Shown here: piece by piece, positions 1 through 9,956 of the stretch
Layout: every line of letters starts with the position of its first letter
How positions within the stretch are numbered: the stretch's first letter is position 1
NCBI GenBank assembly: GCA_965649215.1
Contig: CBFGJZ010000029.1
Location: 1 to 19,482 of the forward strand
DNA from: a candidate division WOR-3 bacterium
Lineage (GTDB): Bacteria; Hydrothermota; Tepidihabitantia; Tepidihabitantales; CAIPLT01
Reading direction: 5' to 3'
Length of the DNA: 19,482 nt
Notes under the pieces: generated by a model
The model's database searches: none
What the model saw: only the letters and a program-made list of their open reading frames with translations
What the model was told of the DNA's origin: nothing
Made by a program: the position numbers and the translations under genes

Positions 1-2
1 CT

Positions 3-422
3 GGTCTTACTGAAAAGCAAAAAAAGAAAATTGACCGTGATATTTCATATTATCTGATGAGAATTAGCGGTCAAAAAGGAAAAGCAAAACCTTATTCAGA
101 ACAACAAAAACATAAGGCAGCAGTTGAATTTGGCAAATATCGGATAAAAATTGAGCCGATTGAAGACGAAATTCAAAAAAGGCTCGGTGAACTGAATGTG
201 CCGATTGCCCATAATCAAGCATATAAAGATTTTGCTCGGGAATGTTATAAGGCACTTAAAAATAATATTGGCAGAAAATTGTCTTTTGATGATACAGATT
301 TAAAAAAGATTGCTCTCCTTGAATCAATGTTAGATGAAATTATTAAGAAATGGAATAAACAGGGATTAGATTTAAATACAATGCAAATAGTCAAAGGTAT
401 TGTCATATCAAAGTTACAGTAA
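3..422 (+). CDS. Hypothetical protein, 5'-truncated by the window edge; predicted helical C-terminal domain, possibly SIRV coat-protein-like
   Basis: The frame of ORF 57..422 stays open back to position 3 (GLTEKQKKKIDRDISYYL-MRISG...), so the true start probably lies outside the window. It ends TAA at 420-422, just before the tRNA promoter. Confidence 0.75.
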   Translation, partial: GLTEKQKKKIDRDISYYLMRISGQKGKAKPYSEQQKHKAAVEFGKYRIKIEPIEDEIQKRLGELNVPIAHNQAYKDFARECYKALKNNIGRKLSFDDTDLKKIALLESMLDEIIKKWNKQGLDLNTMQIVKGIVISKLQ

Positions 423-425
423 ATA

Positions 426-453
426 TTGACAAATGGATAATTTTCACTAAAAT
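426..453 (+). promoter_or_regulatory. sigma70-type promoter for tRNA-Phe (possibly also rpsT)
   Basis: TTGACA (426-431), 16-bp spacer, TAAAAT (448-453), ending 9 nt before the tRNA 5' end. Confidence 0.7.
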
Positions 454-462
454 AAAGTTCAA

Positions 463-535
463 GCCGGGGTAGCTCAGTTGGTAGAGCACGGGACTGAAAA
501 TCCCGGTGTGGGCGGTTCGATTCCGCCCCCCGGCA
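463..535 (+). tRNA. tRNA-Phe (GAA), CCA not encoded
   Basis: 73-nt cloverleaf: acceptor stem GCCGGGG/CCCCGGC, D arm GCTC-AGTTGGTA-GAGC, anticodon arm CGGGA-CTGAAAA-TCCCG with GAA at 496-498, T arm GGCGG-TTCGATT-CCGCC. Discriminator A535 is followed by TATT. Confidence 0.98.
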
Positions 536-581
536 TATTTAAAGTTAATGATAAAATTTTAAAGAAAGAGTTGGAGGAAAC

Positions 582-827
582 TTGGCTAAAAAATCAATTT
601 CTGTCTTAAAAAGAACTCGGCAGGCCGAGAAGAGAAGACTCGAAAATAGAGTCAAAAAAATAAAATTAAAAAAGGCATTAAAAAAAATCAAAACAATTAA
701 AGAAAAAGAAGAAATAACAAAATTAATACCTGACATTCAAAAACTTATCGATAAGTCGGTAAAGCAAGGAATCATTCATAAAAATACCGCAGCCAGAATG
801 AAATCAAAGATCATGCGGATTAAATAG
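582..827 (+). CDS. rpsT: 30S ribosomal protein S20
   Basis: 81 aa, very basic, with N-terminal S.LKR.RQAEKRRL.NR and C-terminal IDKSVKQGIIHKNTAARMKS, typical of bS20. TTG start with GGAGG SD at 573-577. Confidence 0.96.
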   Translation: MAKKSISVLKRTRQAEKRRLENRVKKIKLKKALKKIKTIKEKEEITKLIPDIQKLIDKSVKQGIIHKNTAARMKSKIMRIK

Positions 828-884
828 CTATTATCAAACATGTTTAATTTTTACCAGAAGTCGTAATAATAGCTTATAAGTCGC

Positions 885-1598
885 ATGTCTTTTTATGATT
901 TTAAAAGTAAATATCCTCGCACTAAAATTGGTCAGAAAATAGTTGAGAAAGTAACTGATACTGTTTTTACAACAATAAAACCGTATCTGAAAGAAAATTT
1001 TTCAATTCTTGATATCGGTGCAGGAAATGGTGAGTTTGCCGAACGATGTGTTAAAAATAAATTTAATTATACAGCCATTGAAATCAACGAAATTTATTGT
1101 CAACAATTAATAAATCGGGGAATAAAAGTTATTAAAGAATATGTTCCACCAATACCTTGTTCAAATGAAGAATATGACTATGTTCACCTATCCCATCTAC
1201 TTGAACATATGACTTCATTAGAAAAAGCGATCGATTTGATAAAAGATATTTATAGGGTTCTTAAACCAAATGGATATCTCTGCATAATTGCACCTGACTA
1301 TCTTCATTCACCAAGTTTTTTTTATGATGGAGATTATTCCCATACATTTGTAACAACGGAAAACAGAGTAAAGATGTTATTAGTCGACAATGGCTATAAT
1401 ATTGTATTTAGTAAATATTTGATGGGTTGGAAAATCGGGTGGAGTGGTTGGTTGTTAAGTTTTATTGGTAAGATTTATAATAATTATTTATACTGGTTTT
1501 TTCTAAATTTGATTAAAACCAAAATTGATTCATTAAAATTTGGCAGAACAAGGGGTAGTTTTGCTCGCTCACTATTTATCTTAGCCCAAAAGGTATAA
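885..1598 (+). CDS. Class I SAM-dependent methyltransferase (glycan-cluster type)
   Basis: Motif I ILDIGAGNGEF; YDYVHLSHLLEH; RVLKPNGYLCI. Confidence 0.9.
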   Translation: MSFYDFKSKYPRTKIGQKIVEKVTDTVFTTIKPYLKENFSILDIGAGNGEFAERCVKNKFNYTAIEINEIYCQQLINRGIKVIKEYVPPIPCSNEEYDYVHLSHLLEHMTSLEKAIDLIKDIYRVLKPNGYLCIIAPDYLHSPSFFYDGDYSHTFVTTENRVKMLLVDNGYNIVFSKYLMGWKIGWSGWLLSFIGKIYNNYLYWFFLNLIKTKIDSLKFGRTRGSFARSLFILAQKV

Positions 1599-1600
1599 AA

Positions 1601-2503
1601 TTGAAAAGAATACCATTAAAACGAATTTTAGGTGTTTTTATCATTATAATTTTTTTCTATTTTATTATAAAATCGTTATACGAAAATTGGTATAATTTAA
1701 AAGAAGCAAAGTTAAGATTTGAGATATATTATTTATTGCTTTCATATATTATGATGTTTATAACTTTTATTTTAGTTGCCTTTACTTGGAAAAAAAACCT
1801 CCAAATGCTTAATGAAAATATTAGTTTAATTACAGCAATAAAAATAAATGCGATTTCAGTATTACCCAAATATGCACCAGGAAAAGTCTGGGGTATTATT
1901 GGAAAAGTATACTTAGCAAAAAAAGAGGGAATTTCTGAACATAGTTCAGTCATTACTATAAGTTTAGAGACAATTTTATATTTGTTAAGTGGTATAATAT
2001 TATTTCTGGTTACGTCACTTTCAATTATCAAAAGTAACTTTACTTATTTATATTATCTTTTAATAATTCCGATCTGCTTGATCGCAATATATCCACCAAT
2101 TTTAATACGGATAACAAATTTTTTTCTCAAATTATTTAAGCGGCCGACTATTGATATAATGCCTCATTATTACCAAATTTTAATTCTTTTGTTACTCTAT
2201 ATGCTTAGTTGGATCCTACAAGGAATCGGTGTTTTCTTTTTGATTAGTTCCTTTTATTCAATTCCTTTTAAGTCAATATTAATTATTTCGGGATTACATG
2301 CGTTTTCATGGGTCGTTGGATTTTTGAGTATAATTGCTCCTGCTGGTTTAGGGGTTAAAGAAGGAATTTTTAGTTATTTTTTATCATATATCTTACCTGT
2401 TGGAATTGCTGCAATTTCATCTCTGTTAGTGCGAATATGGGGCACAATTGGTGAATTATTATATTTTCTTATATTTTCGACAAAATTAAAAAAGTATTTA
2501 TAA
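1601..2503 (+). CDS. UPF0104 / lysylphosphatidylglycerol-synthase TM-domain (flippase-like) membrane protein
   Basis: Many hydrophobic helices; family motifs KYAPGKVW and PAGLGVKEG, plus C-terminal LLVRIW. TTG start 2 nt after the methyltransferase stop. Confidence 0.85.
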   Translation: MKRIPLKRILGVFIIIIFFYFIIKSLYENWYNLKEAKLRFEIYYLLLSYIMMFITFILVAFTWKKNLQMLNENISLITAIKINAISVLPKYAPGKVWGIIGKVYLAKKEGISEHSSVITISLETILYLLSGIILFLVTSLSIIKSNFTYLYYLLIIPICLIAIYPPILIRITNFFLKLFKRPTIDIMPHYYQILILLLLYMLSWILQGIGVFFLISSFYSIPFKSILIISGLHAFSWVVGFLSIIAPAGLGVKEGIFSYFLSYILPVGIAAISSLLVRIWGTIGELLYFLIFSTKLKKYL

Positions 2504-2508
2504 ATAAA

Positions 2509-3528
2509 ATGAAAATTCTCTATTGCACATTAACTGGTAAATCCGGTGGTGATATTTATTTTAATCAATTACAAAAAAGTCAAATAACATTAAATAACTT
2601 AATTTATTCTCAAAATTATCACCGATTTTGGTCAATTTTCCCAACTCTATTATCTCCATTTATTAAAATTACTGATTCAATTGATATCGTACATTCAAAT
2701 ATAGAGTATGGTTACATATTTCATCGTTATGATAAACCCTTAATTGTTTCTGCGTTACATATTGTGTCAGAAGATTTTATTAACAAATATTATAAATCAA
2801 CACAAAAATTTTATTATCAAGCGATTCTTAAATATATTAAAAAGACTATTGAAAAAGCTACATACATTGTAGCAATTAGTAAAGCAAGTGAATTACAAGT
2901 AAAAGAAATTGTTCAAGCAAAGAATATTCAAACAATTTATTGTGGTATTGACACAAATTTATTTCAACCTCTTAAAATAGATAATGATCCGTATGAAAAG
3001 AAGATTAAATTATTATTTGTTGGGAATCTCACAAAAAGAAAAGGAATTGACTTGCTGCCAAAAATTATGGCTAAATTAGACAATCGTTTTTTGTTATTTT
3101 ATACTACAGGGATGCGTACTCCAAAACGTATATTTACTGATAAACGAATGTTGCCGATCGGTAATTTACAATTATCAGAATTAGTCTATTGGTATAATTT
3201 ATGCGATATCTTTGTGTTGCCAAGTCGTCTGGAGGGGTTTGGCTATGCGATAGCAGAAGCGATGGCTTGTGCTAAACCTGTTGTAACGACTAACTGTTCT
3301 TCTTTACCTGAAATAGTCATTGATGGTGAAAATGGTTTTTTATGCAGAATCGATGATGTATTAGATTTTGTTGACAAAATAAAGTTATTAGCAGATAATA
3401 AACAGATGCGAGAGGAAATGGGTATCCGTGGTCGTAAACGAATTATTAATAATTTTAATTTAATAAAAATGGGAAAAGAATATAATGATATGTATCAAAA
3501 AGTCTATAAGGAGTTTTATTCATTATGA
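2509..3528 (+). CDS. Glycosyltransferase family 4 (GT-B fold)
   Basis: N-terminal SGG; IYCGID; LFVGNLTKRKG; PSRLEGFGYAIAEAMACAKPVV (E-x7-E motif); ENGFL. Confidence 0.93.
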   Translation: MKILYCTLTGKSGGDIYFNQLQKSQITLNNLIYSQNYHRFWSIFPTLLSPFIKITDSIDIVHSNIEYGYIFHRYDKPLIVSALHIVSEDFINKYYKSTQKFYYQAILKYIKKTIEKATYIVAISKASELQVKEIVQAKNIQTIYCGIDTNLFQPLKIDNDPYEKKIKLLFVGNLTKRKGIDLLPKIMAKLDNRFLLFYTTGMRTPKRIFTDKRMLPIGNLQLSELVYWYNLCDIFVLPSRLEGFGYAIAEAMACAKPVVTTNCSSLPEIVIDGENGFLCRIDDVLDFVDKIKLLADNKQMREEMGIRGRKRIINNFNLIKMGKEYNDMYQKVYKEFYSL

Positions 3529-5972
3529 AAAAAGAAAAGGCTAATAAACCTATCTTATTTCATCAACCTTTTGACCTTAATAATAAAATCGCAATAATTG
3601 TTATTTTATTATTACCAATTATTTATTTCTTGATTTTTAACTCGGGGCTTCTAACAGGTGCTAAAATGATGTATGGTTCTGATTGGTTACTAGGTGGTTA
3701 TTCTGCTCGAGAAGTGATTAGCCGTCAAATTTCTGAATTTAAAAATATCCCAATGTGGTATAATTTTATATTTAGTGGTTTACCTACGGTTTCTGGACCG
3801 TATGGAGATGTAGCATCAATTTATCCTTTTGTACGGCTTTTGATTCCAACCCACTTATTTTGGACATATTTATTCATTTTTGGCATAATGATTGCTGGTA
3901 TTGGGATGTATTTGTTTTTAAGATCTATTAATATGTCTAATGCAGTTGCGTTACTCGGGTCAATTACTTATATGTTTGCAGGTAATCTATTGTCAACAAC
4001 ATATGCAGGACACGAAGGTCGTTTATTGGCAGCTGCTTTTTTCCCGTTAGCATTTTTCTTGTGGCACAAAGCTATTATAACTAAGAAATTTATATGGTTT
4101 GTTTGTGCGGGTGCAATAGTTGGTATTAGTTTTACCCATGCACATTTTCAATTAACCTATTATGGACTATGGGTTGCTTTTGCATATTTTGTTATGCAGT
4201 TGATTATAAATCGTAAAGAAAATGGCGTTAGAAATACTGTTAAACTTATTATATTTGCCGGTATTAGTATAATAATTGCTTTAGGAATATTAGCAGTTAA
4301 TTATCTTCCATTTCTAACTAATTTAGCTTACGGAGCAAGAGGTGAAGTGAGAGGATATGAATTTGCTGCTTCCTGGGCATTACCAATTAAAGAGTTGTTT
4401 GATTTAATCGTACCCCAATTTAGTGGTATTCTTGATAATTATTGGGGTGAAAATGCATTCAAACTTCATTCTGAATATTTCGGAATAATTTTATTGATTT
4501 TTGCATTTTTTGCTTTATTAATTAAATTTAAGGAAAGAATAACGACCTTCTTTTTTACAACAAGTATTATTGCTACTTTGATTGCCCTTGGCAATCATAC
4601 TCCATTTTTTAGATTAATTTATTATACCTTACCTGGCATTAAAAGATTTCGCGGACCTTCAATGGCATTCTATTTAGTTGCTTTTTCAGTAATTGTGATC
4701 GGTTCACTTGGCTTACAATATTTAACTGAATATGCTCAAAACAAGAAAATTTTTGAAAGATCCATACAAAATAAAATCAAGAAATTTTATTATATTATTG
4801 CTATTATCTTTATTATATTGGTTTTATTATTTTTAGTTTTTAAAAACGATATTACACAAAATATTCAAGATACTAATAAATTACAAGCCTTTAATAGAAA
4901 TTTATCTTCTTTTTGGGTTGGCGTATTAATTTCTGGGTTTTTAATTTTAATAACTCTTCTATTAATTTATCAATTGCAAAATCGTAAATTAAAAATAAAA
5001 ACATTATTAATAATATTGGTTCCGCTAATTATATTTGATCTTTGGCGAATTGATAAACAATTTATAAAAACAGTTGAGCACCCTTCAGTTTATTATGGAC
5101 CTGATGAGGTTATTAGTTTCTTAACTAAAGATACTTCACTTTATCGTGTACATCCACTATATTATGAACGTTCAAACGATGGTATTTTAGATTTGTATAA
5201 TATCCAAAATGCGGGTGGTTATGCGCCAAATCCGTTACAAACTTATCAAGATTTTACAGGAGCAGAAAAGACTGTAATGTTTTCTGCACCGAACTTAGTA
5301 TATCCTAATTTTTTAAATCTTCTTAATATCAAATATATTATTAGTGTTCCCTTACCGGATGACATATCAAGATATGATATGCGGGTTCAAGCGATGATTA
5401 CAGAACTTCGCAATTTTGTAAGTCGTGCTGGAATTGAACTTGTTTACAACGGGAGAAGAAATGTTATTTACCGTAATAATAATACACTACCTCGTGCATT
5501 TTTAACACCTCGTTACGAAATTATCAAAGATAAAGATCAAATTATTAATCGTTTGAAAGATCCTCAATTTAATCCGGCAAGTACTGTAATTATTTCTGAT
5601 GATATATCAAACATAGATTCAGGCATTGATAATCTTAATGGGACCGTTCAAATAATTCACTATTCTCCTAATCGAATAGTATTAGAGACGGAACTAAACA
5701 ATGCCGGTTTTTTGGTTTTAAGTGAAAATTATCATCCTGATTGGTTATGCAAAGTTGATGGACAACTTACTAAAGTATATCGAGCCTATCATACTTTACG
5801 GGCCATTTATTTAACTAATGGAAAACATCTCGTCGAATTTTATTATTATTCAAAATATTATGTCTTAGGTAGATTAATCACAATTATTACAGTATTATTT
5901 TGTTGTGTAATAATAATACTTACCATCTACAAAAATAAAGCTAAAAAATCCATAAAGCAAACAAACCAATAA
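3525..5972 (+). CDS. YfhO-family polytopic membrane glycosyltransferase (GT-C)
   Basis: 815 aa with many TM helices. Asp (SDW) in the first outer loop followed by PMWYNFIFSGLP; large soluble C-terminal region with TLPRAF and GFLVLSENYHPDWLCKVDG, then a final TM helix. ATGA overlap with the GT4 stop; AAGGAG upstream. Confidence 0.85.
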   Translation: MKKEKANKPILFHQPFDLNNKIAIIVILLLPIIYFLIFNSGLLTGAKMMYGSDWLLGGYSAREVISRQISEFKNIPMWYNFIFSGLPTVSGPYGDVASIYPFVRLLIPTHLFWTYLFIFGIMIAGIGMYLFLRSINMSNAVALLGSITYMFAGNLLSTTYAGHEGRLLAAAFFPLAFFLWHKAIITKKFIWFVCAGAIVGISFTHAHFQLTYYGLWVAFAYFVMQLIINRKENGVRNTVKLIIFAGISIIIALGILAVNYLPFLTNLAYGARGEVRGYEFAASWALPIKELFDLIVPQFSGILDNYWGENAFKLHSEYFGIILLIFAFFALLIKFKERITTFFFTTSIIATLIALGNHTPFFRLIYYTLPGIKRFRGPSMAFYLVAFSVIVIGSLGLQYLTEYAQNKKIFERSIQNKIKKFYYIIAIIFIILVLLFLVFKNDITQNIQDTNKLQAFNRNLSSFWVGVLISGFLILITLLLIYQLQNRKLKIKTLLIILVPLIIFDLWRIDKQFIKTVEHPSVYYGPDEVISFLTKDTSLYRVHPLYYERSNDGILDLYNIQNAGGYAPNPLQTYQDFTGAEKTVMFSAPNLVYPNFLNLLNIKYIISVPLPDDISRYDMRVQAMITELRNFVSRAGIELVYNGRRNVIYRNNNTLPRAFLTPRYEIIKDKDQIINRLKDPQFNPASTVIISDDISNIDSGIDNLNGTVQIIHYSPNRIVLETELNNAGFLVLSENYHPDWLCKVDGQLTKVYRAYHTLRAIYLTNGKHLVEFYYYSKYYVLGRLITIITVLFCCVIIILTIYKNKAKKSIKQTNQ

Positions 5973-6179
5973 AGCTTAAAAGCCAGTTAAATAAATAATG
6001 CAGACACACCGCACGATAGACAAATTAAGATTTGAAGTTTCCGATTTTTATAAAATATATGTAAAAATTAAATTGATGTTTCAATAAATTGAGATTTGAT
6101 AATAAATTTTAATTAGTATTTTTTAAATAATTTTAATAATCTGCAAAGATAAAAAATAAATGAAATTGATACTCTAAAA

Positions 6180-6665
6180 TTACAAATTGATAAGTTGTGC
6201 TTGAAGATTATCAAGATCTAATATGGCAATTGACGGTTGTTGAAACAACCAACCACCAGCTTCACCGGGATTTACTATAACAGAGGGTTTAATCCCATTT
6301 GTTTGATAAATTATTTCTGCTTTATGAGTATGGCCATATAATTGAACATCACATTGGTGATTATAAGGGATTGGTTGATGACTGATTAATATTTTTTTAT
6401 CATTAATGTTAAAAATATAGGGTGGTTGAAAAATTGAATAATTTAATTCACGGGCACGCTCAAGTAAGAAATCTCTTTCGCCATCACAATTGCCGAAAAC
6501 ACCAACTAACGAACACTGTAAATCCTTAAATGCCAGCAAAGAAAAAGGAGCAACAAAATCACCACAATGAATTACCTTACTAACTTGATGATAATTGAAT
6601 AAAACTACAGCTTTAGTTATATTTGTGATGTTATCATGAGTATCAGAAATAACTCCAATTTTCAT
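6180..6665 (-). CDS. YfcE/MJ0936-family metallophosphoesterase
   Basis: Calcineurin-like motifs SDTHDN, HCGD, GNCD, SH, GHTH, NPGE. Confidence 0.92.
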   Translation of the reverse strand: MKIGVISDTHDNITNITKAVVLFNYHQVSKVIHCGDFVAPFSLLAFKDLQCSLVGVFGNCDGERDFLLERARELNYSIFQPPYIFNINDKKILISHQPIPYNHQCDVQLYGHTHKAEIIYQTNGIKPSVIVNPGEAGGWLFQQPSIAILDLDNLQAQLINL

Positions 6666-6675
6666 ATTGATAATT

Positions 6676-8262
6676 CTATTGAAGTAATTCGCGTAATTGA
6701 TTAAAGCGACGAATCCGAACAGGGTGTTGAAGTTTTTTTAATGCCTTAGCTTCAATCTGACGAACTCGTTCGCGAGTGATATTAAAAATCTGACCAACCT
6801 CTTCTAAAGTGCGAGGATAACCATCAGTAAGCCCAAATCGTAAACGTAATACTTTTTCTTCTCGTTTTGATAAAACACTTAATGCTTCACTTAATTTTTC
6901 CCGCAATAAGGATATGCCTGCGGCATGAGCAGGAGAAATAGTTTTTTCATCATATATAAAATCACCAATAAAACTGGATTCATCGTCATCAATTGGTTTA
7001 TCTAAAGAAATGCCAAATTGTGAAATTCGCATCAAGGCTTCAATTTTATCTTTGGGTGTCGATAACCTTTGAGCTAATTCGGAAATTGATGGTTCACGGC
7101 CATAAGTTTGGATAAATTTTCTTTGTGCTTTAGCGATTTTATTTATTGCATCTAAAATATGGGCAGGGACTCGGACCGTTCGAGACTGGTCAGCAATCGC
7201 TCGAGTAATTGCTTGTTTAATCCACCATGTAGCATAAGTAGAGAATTTAAAGCCTTTATGGTAATTAAATTTTTCAATTGCTTTAATTAAACCAACATTT
7301 CCTTCTTCCAGCAAGTCAGCGAATTCAAGACCTCGATTGACATATCGCTTGGCAATTGAGATAACTAATCGAATATTACCTTCAATCATTCGATCGCGTG
7401 CTTCTAAAATTTTTCTTTCTTCATTATCAATATTAATTAATATTTCTTCTAATTGTTCAGGTTTTTGATTAAAATAAGATTTATAATAATTTAGTTTTTT
7501 GCGTAAGGCTTTGATTTCAATCGGAGAAGCCTTTTTATTTTTAAGCAACTCTTTTAGCCGTTTATTTGTTTCAATCGCTTCTTTTGCATTAGTTTTAAAT
7601 TCTTGAATGAAATTATTGATTAGATGATGTTGTAAAGATAAAGATTGAATTTTGTTAAAGATTTTTTTCTGGATTGCGTTAATGCGTTTCTGCACTGCAG
7701 CTGTTTGTTTTCTTTGGAATATTTTTTTTAGGGTTTCTAATTCTCGTTTAATAGCTCGAACTCGTCGAATAAATTTTTGACGATCTCGCCACAATGCCTT
7801 TTTGTTGAGTAAACATTCAAATTCAACTCGAGCGATTTGATCTAATGTGCGAGTTCCGTCTTCAACAGTGGAACATTCTTGCATCAATCTCTCAACAATT
7901 GGTGGGGGGGAGAAGATATATTGGGTTAATGCTTTATAACCCGTTTCCATAATTTTTGAATATTTAATTTCGTCATCTCGGTCCAATAAAGAAAATCTTC
8001 CTAATTCACGAAAATACGATTTAGTGGGATCTTCAACTTTAAAAATTGTAGGCTTAATATTTTTTCGCTTTGAGCCGGTTGCTAAATCTTTAGCGGCAAG
8101 AATTTTAATACCTTTATCAGTTAAGCCAGAAACTATTTCCTCAATTTCTTCGGCAGAAACAATTTCATCAGGTAATAACTCGTCTAATTCATCATAGGTT
8201 ATAGTTTTTGTTTTGGCTATTTTACTATATAACTCATTAATAATTTTATTTTTAACTTTCAT
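6676..8262 (-). CDS. rpoD: Primary RNA polymerase sigma factor (sigma70 group 1)
   Basis: Region 1.1 ([16 protein letters not shown]), 1.2 ([11 protein letters not shown]), a long non-conserved region, region 2 ([24 protein letters not shown]), region 4 ([25 protein letters not shown]). Directly follows dnaG with an ATGA overlap. Confidence 0.96.
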   Translation of the reverse strand: MKVKNKIINELYSKIAKTKTITYDELDELLPDEIVSAEEIEEIVSGLTDKGIKILAAKDLATGSKRKNIKPTIFKVEDPTKSYFRELGRFSLLDRDDEIKYSKIMETGYKALTQYIFSPPPIVERLMQECSTVEDGTRTLDQIARVEFECLLNKKALWRDRQKFIRRVRAIKRELETLKKIFQRKQTAAVQKRINAIQKKIFNKIQSLSLQHHLINNFIQEFKTNAKEAIETNKRLKELLKNKKASPIEIKALRKKLNYYKSYFNQKPEQLEEILINIDNEERKILEARDRMIEGNIRLVISIAKRYVNRGLEFADLLEEGNVGLIKAIEKFNYHKGFKFSTYATWWIKQAITRAIADQSRTVRVPAHILDAINKIAKAQRKFIQTYGREPSISELAQRLSTPKDKIEALMRISQFGISLDKPIDDDESSFIGDFIYDEKTISPAHAAGISLLREKLSEALSVLSKREEKVLRLRFGLTDGYPRTLEEVGQIFNITRERVRQIEAKALKKLQHPVRIRRFNQLRELLQ

Positions 8263-9956
8263 TTTATATTACTCCTTAATTGATTAATTTTTCGTTTTAT
8301 TTCATAATGTTGTAAAGTTAAATCTTTAATTTTGTCAGTTTCCTTATTATTTTTTGCATTTTGAATTTCTTGGTAGAGCCATTTAGATTTTAAAGATAAT
8401 AGTTTTTTTCTAAATTCAGATTCCTTTGGTATCGTTTTTGTTGCAAAGGTTAAGTCAGCTACAATTTTTTTCAAGTTTGGCTTTTCCAGTAAATCTATCA
8501 ATTTTGCTGTGGATAAATCTTCTTTTTCAAAATTTGCATAAATAATTCCAATAATTTCTTTGAAATTATTATCCTTAAAACAATCTGTTGTAACTTCTTG
8601 TTTGGCTACACCGATGTAAGATGGATTTAAAATTAATGAACATAAAATTTGTTTTTCTAACGAAGAATAGTTTGTAGCATTCGAGTCAATATGAGTTTTG
8701 GAGGAGTAATTAGATTTAACGGTTGATTTAATTTTTTTAAATAATACATCTTTAGTAATCTTGAAGATATTGGCTGTTTTATTAAGATATAATTCTTGAA
8801 TCATTGGTTCTTCGATGAGCGCAATATAGTTTAATATTTGTTTTAAACAATTTTGTTTATCATAGATACTATCGCTTGGTTTAATTGTGATAATAAAATC
8901 AATAAAGTCTAAACTCTCATTTAGTAAAGCTAAGAATTTATCTTTTCCATAAGTATTGATGTATTTATCGGGATCATATTGTGCGGGCAGAGGAACGATA
9001 CGAGGTTCAACATTATGGGGGAGTAAAATTTCAAGGGTTCGTAAAGTTGCGGTTTGACCTGCACTATCACTATCAAAGGCAATTATAATTTGATTACTAT
9101 AGCGTCTGATTAATTGAGCTTGTTGCGTGGTTAAAGCAGTACCTAATGGAGCAATGACATTTAAAATATCATTATTGACTAAAGAGAGTAAATCAAAATT
9201 GCCTTCAACAAGAATGGGCGCAAGTTGATAGAGATAGTTTTTAGCCTGATATAGTCCGAATAAATTTTCTCCTTTTTTAAAGATTGGTGTTTCTGGAGTG
9301 TTAATATATTTCGGTTGGGTTGTGTCATCAATAGCTCTGGCACTAAAACCAATTACTTTACCAGATAATGAGAAGATAGGAAAGATTAGTCGATTATAAA
9401 ACCAATCAAAATATTTATCATTCTTTTTTACAACCAAACCTGCTTTAAGTAAAATTTCCTCACTAATATTTTGTTTTCGTGCCGCGTTAACTAATAAATT
9501 ACCCGTTGGTGCAAACCCGATTCGAAAGCGTTTAATAGTTTCATTGCTTAATTTTCTGAACTTAATATAGCCTTGCGCGATTTTCGATGTATTAAGGCAT
9601 TCTGTATAAAAGTTACACGCAAAATCACAGGCCTGATACAGCTCTTGATATTTTGACGGAATTACTTCGCTTTCGATCTTAATACCAACTTTATCAGCTA
9701 ATTTTTTTACTGCGTCAAGAAAAGATAATTTTTCATATTGCATAAGAAAAGTTATTACCGACCCACTTGCGCCACATCCAAAGCAATGATAAATTTGACG
9801 CTCTTGACTAACATAAAATGAAGGTGATTTTTCGGTGTGAAAGGGACATAAAGTGCGATAATACTTACCAGCTTTTTTTAACGGCAAATATTCATTAATA
9901 ATCTGCACAATATCGCTTTGTTCACGAATAAGATCTATTGTTTCCCGTTTAATCAT
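8259..9956 (-). CDS. dnaG: DNA primase
   Basis: CHC2 zinc finger [42 protein letters not shown] and FDSDSAG; DPD. Confidence 0.97.
   Translation of the reverse strand: MIKRETIDLIREQSDIVQIINEYLPLKKAGKYYRTLCPFHTEKSPSFYVSQERQIYHCFGCGASGSVITFLMQYEKLSFLDAVKKLADKVGIKIESEVIPSKYQELYQACDFACNFYTECLNTSKIAQGYIKFRKLSNETIKRFRIGFAPTGNLLVNAARKQNISEEILLKAGLVVKKNDKYFDWFYNRLIFPIFSLSGKVIGFSARAIDDTTQPKYINTPETPIFKKGENLFGLYQAKNYLYQLAPILVEGNFDLLSLVNNDILNVIAPLGTALTTQQAQLIRRYSNQIIIAFDSDSAGQTATLRTLEILLPHNVEPRIVPLPAQYDPDKYINTYGKDKFLALLNESLDFIDFIITIKPSDSIYDKQNCLKQILNYIALIEEPMIQELYLNKTANIFKITKDVLFKKIKSTVKSNYSSKTHIDSNATNYSSLEKQILCSLILNPSYIGVAKQEVTTDCFKDNNFKEIIGIIYANFEKEDLSTAKLIDLLEKPNLKKIVADLTFATKTIPKESEFRKKLLSLKSKWLYQEIQNAKNNKETDKIKDLTLQHYEIKRKINQLRSNIK

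Noticed and set aside
463-5972. Genomic island integrated at tRNA-Phe
   Set aside because: The core gene rpsT follows the tRNA directly. I saw no integrase and no duplicated tRNA 3' end in the window.
5998-6087. 29-codon ORF MQTHRTIDKLRFEV... in the convergent spacer
   Set aside because: No SD or promoter and no recognisable motif; an ORF of this length can arise by chance.
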